Shown in pieces: positions 49,391 through 57,069 of a stretch of 64,000 bases of DNA (position 1 is its first letter; every line of letters starts with the position of its first letter). The notes under the pieces are model-generated. The model was not told the DNA's origin. It ran no database searches and was given only the letters and a program-made list of their open reading frames with translations. The translations under genes were made by a program, and so were the position numbers. The stretch covers positions 1,856,001 through 1,920,000 of the forward strand of contig OY776215.1 of assembly GCA_963675495.1 (NCBI GenBank), read 5' to 3'. This stretch comes from an uncultured Methanolobus sp. Lineage in GTDB: Archaea; Halobacteriota; Methanosarcinia; Methanosarcinales; Methanosarcinaceae.

Positions 49391-50840
49391 TACTACAGAT
49401 AATGATACTCAGAGGCCTGCATTTGATGCTCCGAATGCAACTTCCGGTATGAAAGCCATGTTGGGTGACCCAAAAAAGGCTATAATTAAACTGGCATTGC
49501 CCATGATGCTTGGTATGTCTATCCAGACCCTGTACAATCTTGTTGACACTTTCTGGGTTTCCGGACTGGGTTCGGATGCTCTTGCAGCAGTGGGTTTTGT
49601 ATTCCCATTCTTCTTTGTCATCATTGCATTATCAAACGGCCTTGGAGTTGGTGCCGGTTCAGCAATATCCCGAAGACTTGGTTCAAGGGATAAAAAAGGT
49701 GCTGACAATGTTGCAGTTCATACGATGATGCTGATGGTTTTGATGTCTGCTGTTTTCACTATAACACTCTTCGTATTTGCAGAACCGATATTTGCTATGA
49801 TCGGCGCCGGAAAAACAACCGCAATGGCGACTTCTTATGGTCGTATTATCTTTGGAGGCAGTATTCTCCTGTTCTTCACCAATGTTGCAAACGCGATCCT
49901 TCGTAGCGAGGGCGACACCAAACGGGCTATGCATGCTATGATATTTGGCTCACTTCTGAACATAGTACTTGATCCTATCTTCATCTATCAGTTCAAGATG
50001 GGTGTTGCAGGTGCGGCATGGGCTACAGTGGTATCAATGGGAGTAACTGCCGTTCTCATGTCCAGCTGGTTGTTCTTCAAAAAAGATACTTACCTTTCCT
50101 TTGATTTCAAGGATTTCAGTTTTGAGAGGGGGATTCTCAGGGATATATCCAGGGTTGGCATTCCAGCAACTGTACAGCAGGCGTCAATGGCTCTTATGAT
50201 GCTTGTGATGAATGTGATCATAATAGCAGTCAGCAATACTGACGGAGTAGCTGTTTACACTGTTGGATGGCGTGTTGCAACCATCGCTATTGCCCCACTA
50301 ATTGGTATTTCTACAGCCGTGGTGACAATGACTGGTTTTTCATACGGTGAAGGCTCATATGACAAGGTGTCCTTCTCTCACATATATTCAATGAAGATGG
50401 GTCTTCTTGTAGAGACGGTAATCGCTTTTTTTACTTTCATCCTGGCCCCTCAGATAGCTTATGCCTTCACTATGTCAGCAAGTGCTTCTCACATAACGGA
50501 TGACCTTATTGTGTTTCTAAGGATTATTTGTATTTTCTACCCCACGGTCTCTCTTGGTATGCTTTCTTCATCTCTTTTCCAGGGAGTTGGAAAAGGATTT
50601 TATGCGCTTGTTGCAACAATCCTGCGTGCTGTCATATTCGTACCCGCTTTCGCTTTATTTTTTGCTTTTAATCTGAATATGGGGCTTATTGGTGTTTGGT
50701 GGGGTATGGTCGTAGGTAACATAATGGGTTCGATCTTCATCTTTGTGTGGGCAAGAGTTTACGTAGGGAAATTGCTGAATACAGGAAAGCCTCTAGATCC
50801 ACATTATAAATTACCGGATCATGAAGAACTAAGGGTATGA
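49383..50840 (+). CDS. MATE-family efflux transporter
   Basis: LALPMM..QTLYNLVDTFWVSGLG..ALAAVG, LRSEGDTK, NIVLDPIFI, GVAGAAWAT. Confidence 0.95.
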   Translation: MNNTTDNDTQRPAFDAPNATSGMKAMLGDPKKAIIKLALPMMLGMSIQTLYNLVDTFWVSGLGSDALAAVGFVFPFFFVIIALSNGLGVGAGSAISRRLGSRDKKGADNVAVHTMMLMVLMSAVFTITLFVFAEPIFAMIGAGKTTAMATSYGRIIFGGSILLFFTNVANAILRSEGDTKRAMHAMIFGSLLNIVLDPIFIYQFKMGVAGAAWATVVSMGVTAVLMSSWLFFKKDTYLSFDFKDFSFERGILRDISRVGIPATVQQASMALMMLVMNVIIIAVSNTDGVAVYTVGWRVATIAIAPLIGISTAVVTMTGFSYGEGSYDKVSFSHIYSMKMGLLVETVIAFFTFILAPQIAYAFTMSASASHITDDLIVFLRIICIFYPTVSLGMLSSSLFQGVGKGFYALVATILRAVIFVPAFALFFAFNLNMGLIGVWWGMVVGNIMGSIFIFVWARVYVGKLLNTGKPLDPHYKLPDHEELRV

Positions 50841-50950
50841 TACCCTTATTTTTTCTAGATCGCTTTACTCTCTCTCTTTTTTAATACAATATTTATATAT
50901 GCTCTCAAATTTATTTCTGCATAATCTGTTTATGGGGTTATTTGATCAAT

Positions 50951-51883
50951 ATGTCAACGTTAATGAAAATTATCTTCCTGGTAGTCTTATTCAGTATTTC
51001 GACCGGGGTTACTGGTGCAATAAATGAATATGCTGAAGAGGAGCAACAGATGCTTGACCTTATCAACGAGGAAAGAGCATTATATGGACTTGAACCATTT
51101 AGCTTCAATGCAGTCTTGAACGATGCTGCAAGTGAGCATAGTAAAGAGATGATCGAAGAAGATTACTTTTCTCATGATTCCTATGATGGAACTTCTTTTT
51201 CAGAAAGACTTAGCAATGCAGGCTATGATATTGTGTACGCAGGTGAGAACATTGCTTTGCATTATCCTCCAGACCTAATCGCAGCTCACGAAGGTCTTAT
51301 GAATTCTCCGGGGCATAGGGCGAATATACTTAACTCTGATTACAATGAGATAGGAATTGGTATCTGGGTTGGGGAGTACTCCGGTTACAGCAATGTTGCT
51401 ATGTACACTCAGGATTTTGGTTGGAGTGATTCAGTTGCAGAAAACCTTCAGATCACTTCTTTTACTCCTTCAGACAATATTGTTGAATCTGAATTATCTC
51501 CAATGACATTTTCAGTTGATACTAATATCGAGTGTGATATTTCATGGTCATTTGACGGTGAGAACGCAAAGGTAGAAAACAACGTACTGTCTTCAGATTG
51601 TGAGTTGATACCTCAGGTGCCAGGTACGTACTATGTAAAAGCAATTGCCTCACAGATGAATCAGGATGTGGTAACTCAATGGACCTGGATTGTCACAGAA
51701 GAAACTGTTCAGATGAAAGGGGATGCTAATAGCGATGGCCTGGTAAATCTTCGTGATCTCAGTGCTTTTGCTCTGGTTTATAATGGCACGAGCACAGAAT
51801 CCAGTAAATGGGCCGACTTCAATGATGATGGCTTGATAAATCTTCGCGATCTCAGTGCTTTTGCGCTGGTATATGAAAGTTAG
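50951..51883 (+). CDS. Secreted CAP/SCP-domain protein with Ig-like and dockerin-like domains
   Basis: Signal peptide; LINEER, YFSH, GENIA, LMNSPGHRANIL, YTQDFG; duplicated D.N.DG..NLRDLSAFALVY. Confidence 0.88.
   Translation: MSTLMKIIFLVVLFSISTGVTGAINEYAEEEQQMLDLINEERALYGLEPFSFNAVLNDAASEHSKEMIEEDYFSHDSYDGTSFSERLSNAGYDIVYAGENIALHYPPDLIAAHEGLMNSPGHRANILNSDYNEIGIGIWVGEYSGYSNVAMYTQDFGWSDSVAENLQITSFTPSDNIVESELSPMTFSVDTNIECDISWSFDGENAKVENNVLSSDCELIPQVPGTYYVKAIASQMNQDVVTQWTWIVTEETVQMKGDANSDGLVNLRDLSAFALVYNGTSTESSKWADFNDDGLINLRDLSAFALVYES
51734..51874 (+). repeat. Two 48-bp imperfect repeats encoding the dockerin halves
   Basis: 51734-51781 and 51827-51874, 93 bp apart. Confidence 0.8.
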
Positions 51884-52021
51884 TTTGCTAATATTTGCAG
51901 TAGTTGCTTTTCAAAAGCTATTTAAAACCCACCGGGATATATTCATTAATGTTCTTGTGGTATCTGTCCTTTTTTAATGGATATTGTATCAGGACCAGGC
52001 AATAAATGATATGGGGCTCCC

Positions 52022-53215
52022 ATGGTAGCAAGATCAAGGAAAATAGCAGTTCAGGACGATAATTCAGAACAAGTTGACAAACATACAGAAGAAAAAGGTA
52101 TACTTCTTTTTGAAACCACAGGCAAAGAGAAAGTATACAGGTATAAAGATTCTATCTTGTTAAGTTTGCCTGAGGGGAGAAATACACTTACAACTTCATG
52201 GTTGAACGGTGGTTACAGGGAAGACATGAGGACAATTTTCAATCATATGGTTCCAAAAAGTAAGCATGCTCCAAAGGATCTTGATGGTGGCAACATTCCT
52301 GCTTACCTGACCATTATTGCAAAAAGGCTGGGTGCAGATCCTGATACATCTTCAGGGCTGTTGACAGCTGCTAATATGGATAATGTTTCAATCGTGACCA
52401 AATCTTTCCGTGGTGTAGAGGTAACTGCTGTCATGACTGCGGGTATTGAGGTTAATGGGGGGCGTGTAGGTGACCCAGCATCTTATTATCAGGAAGATGG
52501 TTCTCATCAGTTCATTCAGGGAACTATTAACACTATGTTGGTAATAGGGGCCAACCTTCCACCATATGCTATGACAAGAGCTGTGGTTACTGCCTCTGAA
52601 GCAAAGACTGCCGCCTTGCAGCAGTTGATGGCACCCAGTCGCTATTCTACTGGAATTGCCACAGGTTCAGGAACAGATATGATAGCTGTTGTCGCAGACT
52701 CTACAAGTTCTCTTTTGTTGACAGATGCAGGTCAGCATTCCAAGCTTGGTGAGCTTATAGGGAAAGTTGTGATCGAATGCACGCTTAAAGCACTTGAGAT
52801 GCAGTCGGATCTGACCCCACTTTCCCAGAGAGATATACTCGTGAGGCTTGAACGTTTTGGAATAGAAGAGACTAGGTACTGGAAAGTTGCATCACATATG
52901 AATGGGGATAATCGCAAAGCGGTTTTTTTAAAAAAATTGCGGGAAATGTCAAAGGATCCTGTACTAGTAGGGGCAACAGGTTCAATATTGCATATTGTAG
53001 ATGAGATATCATGGGGTCTTGTTCCTGAAACTGCTGGCAGGAAGGTAGCTGTTTCTATTATGAAAGGATTGCCTGAAATGCTTGATATAGATGTTCCCAT
53101 TCCTTTTGATGAACTGACTGACGAAAAAGATACAATAATTGACAATTGGATCCGTGTTACTGCCTGGTTGGCGAAAAATTGTGATCCCGAAGATATTTGT
53201 AATTCCAGAAAATGA
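52022..53215 (+). CDS. cbiZ: Adenosylcobinamide amidohydrolase (with C-terminal extension)
   Basis: TSWLNGG, GLLTAANM, TAGIEVNG, GTIN, TASEAKTAAL, ATGSGTD, GQHSKLGELIG. Confidence 0.9.
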   Translation: MVARSRKIAVQDDNSEQVDKHTEEKGILLFETTGKEKVYRYKDSILLSLPEGRNTLTTSWLNGGYREDMRTIFNHMVPKSKHAPKDLDGGNIPAYLTIIAKRLGADPDTSSGLLTAANMDNVSIVTKSFRGVEVTAVMTAGIEVNGGRVGDPASYYQEDGSHQFIQGTINTMLVIGANLPPYAMTRAVVTASEAKTAALQQLMAPSRYSTGIATGSGTDMIAVVADSTSSLLLTDAGQHSKLGELIGKVVIECTLKALEMQSDLTPLSQRDILVRLERFGIEETRYWKVASHMNGDNRKAVFLKKLREMSKDPVLVGATGSILHIVDEISWGLVPETAGRKVAVSIMKGLPEMLDIDVPIPFDELTDEKDTIIDNWIRVTAWLAKNCDPEDICNSRK

Positions 53216-53232
53216 ATCCTCAGGGTGAGTAA

Positions 53233-54213
53233 ATGAAAGAACTGATGAATTTTTCTCTTTGTGATCATGACATGAAGATGTTCGATTCTAACTGGGGCAT
53301 GATAAGGAATTTCCTTGTCAGACATGACCTGGATGGTCTGGAACTCTTTGTGGATTCGTCTCCGCTTCCAGATGTGCCCGTTGATCTTATAGTGGGTGTA
53401 CATCTTCCTTATTGGATGGGGCGACATAGAGCCTGGGCTGATCCTTCTGCTTTTTCACAGGAAATGGAGGAGTTTGAGATGGCTTACGTTTTTGGTGGTA
53501 ACAGCCGCGAGGAAGTTATTGATAATTTCAGGGGGTCACTTGAGAATGCTGCACATCTGGATGCTTCGTATGCAGTGTTCCATGTTTCTTATGCCGAACT
53601 GGAACAGGTCTTTACACGTTGCTTTGATTGTACCGACCATGATGTGCTTGCAACAACTGCTGAATTCCTGAATGAGGCTGTCTCAATTTATCAGAATGGT
53701 GAACCACCGGTCAGGATATTCTTTGAGAATCTCTGGTGGCCAGGTCTTACATTCCTTGATTCCAAAAATGTTGAATATTTTACAGACCTTCTTGATTTCG
53801 AGAATTGGGCTTTCGTGCTGGATACCGGCCATCTTATGAATGCTACTATGAAGTGTGAAGATGAGGAATGCTCAATAGATGTTGTATTGGATCTACTTTC
53901 CACTCATTCTGAGGATTTTATCAAGCGAATTGAAGGCATGCATTTCCACTGCAGTTTATCAGGTGAGTTCATGCGTAACTCCATGGGAAACGAGGTTCCC
54001 AAGGGATTTGAAAATATGCATTTCAATGACCGTCTTTTATCGGTTATGGAGGTTCTTGAGCAGATGGACCATCATATGCCTTTTACCAGTGAGAAATGTT
54101 CTAAGATAGTTGACTTGGTATCTCCTGATTTTCTGACCCACGAATTTGTTTCAACTGATTTACAATCTCTCGATATGAAAATAGCTACACAGAAACGAGC
54201 ATTGTATGGGTGA
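53233..54213 (+). CDS. Xylose isomerase-like TIM-barrel protein
   Basis: DGLEL, GVHL, YAVFHV, FENLWWPG, LDTGHLMN, DHH.PF, THE metal ligands. Confidence 0.82.
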   Translation: MKELMNFSLCDHDMKMFDSNWGMIRNFLVRHDLDGLELFVDSSPLPDVPVDLIVGVHLPYWMGRHRAWADPSAFSQEMEEFEMAYVFGGNSREEVIDNFRGSLENAAHLDASYAVFHVSYAELEQVFTRCFDCTDHDVLATTAEFLNEAVSIYQNGEPPVRIFFENLWWPGLTFLDSKNVEYFTDLLDFENWAFVLDTGHLMNATMKCEDEECSIDVVLDLLSTHSEDFIKRIEGMHFHCSLSGEFMRNSMGNEVPKGFENMHFNDRLLSVMEVLEQMDHHMPFTSEKCSKIVDLVSPDFLTHEFVSTDLQSLDMKIATQKRALYG

Positions 54214-54278
54214 TTTTTGTATCCATATTATTGCGGGCGCACAGTCTTCATATTTATATTCTATCTGTCATATTTATA

Positions 54279-54303
54279 AAATGGTCTGTTAAATGGACCG
54301 TTT
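54279..54303 (+). promoter_or_regulatory. Palindrome upstream of the ArsR-type regulator (possible autoregulatory operator)
   Basis: AAATGGTC-N9-GACCGTTT, overlapping the end of TTTATAAA (54273-54280). Confidence 0.5.
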
Positions 54304-54345
54304 ATGTGGAAAAGTATATATTCAACTCGACATGTACTCTTAATT

Positions 54346-54900
54346 ATGAGTACTCTCGATAACAATGATTCCGAGAATCCAGAAAATATGGACCGATTGA
54401 AACTTTTTAGTGCACTTGGAAGTGAAACCAGACTAAGAATGTTACAACAGCTTACTGAGGGTGAAATGCATATATCTGAACTTGCAAGGATGCTAAGTAT
54501 TTCTGTTCCGGTTGCTGCAAAGCATGCAAATATACTTGAAGCCGCTGACCTCATACAGCGTAAGGTGTATGGTAAAACCCATGTTTTACAATTGAATAAT
54601 AAGAACATTTTCCATGCATTGGATATATTTGCACCTTCCAGAACGGTTGAAGTGGAAAAGGGCGCAACACTTCTGCAAGCACTTAAAAAGGCTGCAGTAG
54701 TGGAAGTGAAGAACGTTCACGGACAGGATAACATTGTTTCCACAAATGGTGAAGAAGGTTTCTTTATATATGAGGTGGATGGTGAATTCTCTGAACAGAA
54801 TGTCAATGACTATAAATTTGACAAAGAAGGAACAGTCATGTGGAAGAAGCTGGAACCAATAAGCATCTTAAAGGTGAATGTCAAATTCAAAAAGGAATGA
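54346..54900 (+). CDS. ArsR-family HTH regulator with C-terminal DUF4430/transcobalamin-like domain
   Basis: LFSALGSETRLRML..MHISELARML..VAAKHANILEAADLI; C-terminal GATLLQAL...IVSTNG..GFFIYEVDGE..VNDY..V.W. Confidence 0.8.
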   Translation: MSTLDNNDSENPENMDRLKLFSALGSETRLRMLQQLTEGEMHISELARMLSISVPVAAKHANILEAADLIQRKVYGKTHVLQLNNKNIFHALDIFAPSRTVEVEKGATLLQALKKAAVVEVKNVHGQDNIVSTNGEEGFFIYEVDGEFSEQNVNDYKFDKEGTVMWKKLEPISILKVNVKFKKE

Positions 54901-55023
54901 TATTTTTTTAGTAGTCAGGAACCATCAAATTCATTATTTTTTTGGTCCCTTATTTTTCTTTTTTTCTTTTGAAATCCATTGTCAGCTCCTTTTTCAGTGG
55001 TGAGATGTCCATCTACATGCTTT

Positions 55024-55072
55024 GGTGAATACTTTCACCCTGCTTGCCAGTGGCTTATATCTGCATCTGGCA
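55024..55072 (+). promoter_or_regulatory. Promoter of the radical SAM-DUF4130-MutS5 operon with two inverted repeats
   Basis: GGTGAA-N4-TTCACC (55024-55039); TGCCAG...CTGGCA (55045-55072) bracketing TTATAT (55055-55060). Confidence 0.5.
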
Positions 55073-55084
55073 TATTGTCTATTA

Positions 55085-56227
55085 ATGATTCCCAGAAATC
55101 CTGTTAATGAGCACCATATGACGCTTATGGAAAGGATGAGACTGCTGTCTGAAGGTACCAAATATGATAGTTGCAACCAGAGTGCAGTCTGCCATGCTTT
55201 CGGACCCGATGGTCGTTGCATACAACTCTACAAGACTTTGATGACAAATTCATGTTCAGGGGAGTGCACATATTGTCCGAACAGGTGTGGCAGGGATTCT
55301 GTGCGTGCATCATTAAGCCCGGAAGAAATCGTAAAGATCACATGGTCTTTCTACCGAAGAAATGCAATAGAAGGCCTGTTCCTGTCCTCTGGTGTGATAG
55401 GGGATTCCGAAAGGACGGCAGAGAAGCAATTAGATGTTGCAAGACTTCTGAGAGGGCAGGGATTTACCGGTTATATCCATATTCGAGTAATGCCAGGTAC
55501 TCCAAAATATTTGCTTGAGGAAATTGCTGATTATGCAAATAAGTTCGGCGTGAATGCAGAAACTACAAACTCACTTAATTATTCGGAAATATGCCCGAAT
55601 TTTGATTATCAAAATGATGTACTCCAGCGTTTACAATGGACACGGGATCTTATTAATAAAAAAAGACGAGAGCCAGGTTCCAGGAGTCGGATAATTGGTG
55701 CCAATGATACTCAGTTTGTGGTTGGAGCCCTGCAGGAATCTGACAGGGAGATAATCGGAACTGTTGAGAAGTTCATGGACAGATACGAATTGAGAAGGCC
55801 TTACTTTATGAGCTTCGACCCGGTTCCATTCACTCCTCTTGAAAACAATGAGCCTTCTCCCCAGTGGAGAGAAGCAAGATTATATCAGACTTCCTATCTT
55901 TTGAAGGACTATGGTATGAGTGCCAATGACCTGGATTCTGTTCTTGACGATAATGGCTTTCTTTGCGATACAGATCCTAAAATGCTCCTTGCATCGTGTC
56001 GTCCTGATATGTTTCCAGTGGACGTAAATTCTGCAAGCAGGAACGAATTGCTCACTGTGCCTGGGATTGGTCCTGTGGGGGCCAACAGGATAATTCAGTC
56101 AAGGCCTATAGCATCGGAAAAGGAACTTGCGCGCATGGGTGTTGTTCTTGGTCGTGCACGTCCGTTCATTGAAATAAACGGGAAAAAACAGACAAACTTA
56201 TTCTCGTTTACGGGGGTGGGTGCATGA
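55085..56227 (+). CDS. Putative DNA modification/repair radical SAM protein with HhH (TIGR03916-like)
   Basis: TKYD..C, CHAFGPDGRC, CxxxCxxC (CSGECTYC), IEGLFLSSGV, GYIH, REARLYQ, FPVDVN.AS..ELL.VPGIG. Confidence 0.9.
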   Translation: MIPRNPVNEHHMTLMERMRLLSEGTKYDSCNQSAVCHAFGPDGRCIQLYKTLMTNSCSGECTYCPNRCGRDSVRASLSPEEIVKITWSFYRRNAIEGLFLSSGVIGDSERTAEKQLDVARLLRGQGFTGYIHIRVMPGTPKYLLEEIADYANKFGVNAETTNSLNYSEICPNFDYQNDVLQRLQWTRDLINKKRREPGSRSRIIGANDTQFVVGALQESDREIIGTVEKFMDRYELRRPYFMSFDPVPFTPLENNEPSPQWREARLYQTSYLLKDYGMSANDLDSVLDDNGFLCDTDPKMLLASCRPDMFPVDVNSASRNELLTVPGIGPVGANRIIQSRPIASEKELARMGVVLGRARPFIEINGKKQTNLFSFTGVGA

Positions 56228-57069
56228 TAGTGGCCTTCAGGGAAAATGTAGAAGGTGTTTTGCTTGCCTGTGATGCGCTCTTAGGTAATCCGGATTGTGA
56301 TCTCATTTCCGCAAAGGACAGAGATGGGCTGAAACAAAAGATGGAGTTTACAGGAGTTGATGAAGTGAAAACTCTGGGATTCAGATGTATGGTAGATACA
56401 ACAAAGCTTGTATGCAACATATTTGGAAAACGGGGTTCAAGAATGTTTCAGCGTGATCCGGATGTTGAAGGGTACATAGCAATGGTATTGAGACATCGAA
56501 GCTCGCGACCGATCGAACTGGTACATTTTCTGTGTTCTTGTGAGGGGAATGCCGAACTTCTTTATTCAGGTAAGAGCAGCACGGGTAAAAAATATTACAA
56601 TTACATGCGGGATGTAAGTCGTTCATATCATCGTTTGTGCATGTTTGCACGGCCTGCTTTTGTTAATGGGGTGTTGTCTGTCAAAATAGAGTCATCACAT
56701 CAGATAGGAGATCTCTTCTGTCGCTGGCTTTCAAGGAAAAACCCCGACCTTCCTGTTTCGGTAATAGAGGGGGACATTGCCTGGATAGGAAATGGCGCTC
56801 ATGTAGGCCTTGAACACTTCACAAAGGTGCCTTCTTCATTGGCAGGTAGCCTTGAGTTTACCAATGAACGTGATGAGGTTGATGATCTGTGGGATATGTA
56901 CTACGATTCTCAGATGATTCACAACCGGAGAAATAAAAGCCATGCCAAGCAGCTGCAACCAAAGGCTTCTGCATCCATGAGCAAGATGTCGGAAAGGGAC
57001 CGGTACAAGGTTGAAAAAGGTATTGCGAACTGCACCCTGGATTCTTTTGCGTCTGAGTTGGAGGTATAA
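56224..57069 (+). CDS. DUF4130 / TIGR03915-like DNA metabolism protein
   Basis: DVSRSYHRLCMFAR, IESSHQI, DDLWDMYYDSQMIHNRRN; ATGA overlap with the radical SAM gene. Confidence 0.8.
   Translation: MIVAFRENVEGVLLACDALLGNPDCDLISAKDRDGLKQKMEFTGVDEVKTLGFRCMVDTTKLVCNIFGKRGSRMFQRDPDVEGYIAMVLRHRSSRPIELVHFLCSCEGNAELLYSGKSSTGKKYYNYMRDVSRSYHRLCMFARPAFVNGVLSVKIESSHQIGDLFCRWLSRKNPDLPVSVIEGDIAWIGNGAHVGLEHFTKVPSSLAGSLEFTNERDEVDDLWDMYYDSQMIHNRRNKSHAKQLQPKASASMSKMSERDRYKVEKGIANCTLDSFASELEV

Noticed and set aside
51906-51990. Copy of the ArsR-promoter palindrome upstream of cbiZ
   Set aside because: Only unrelated short dyads are present (GCTTTT-C-AAAAGC; TGTCC-N9-GGATA); arms and spacing do not match GGTC-N9-GACC
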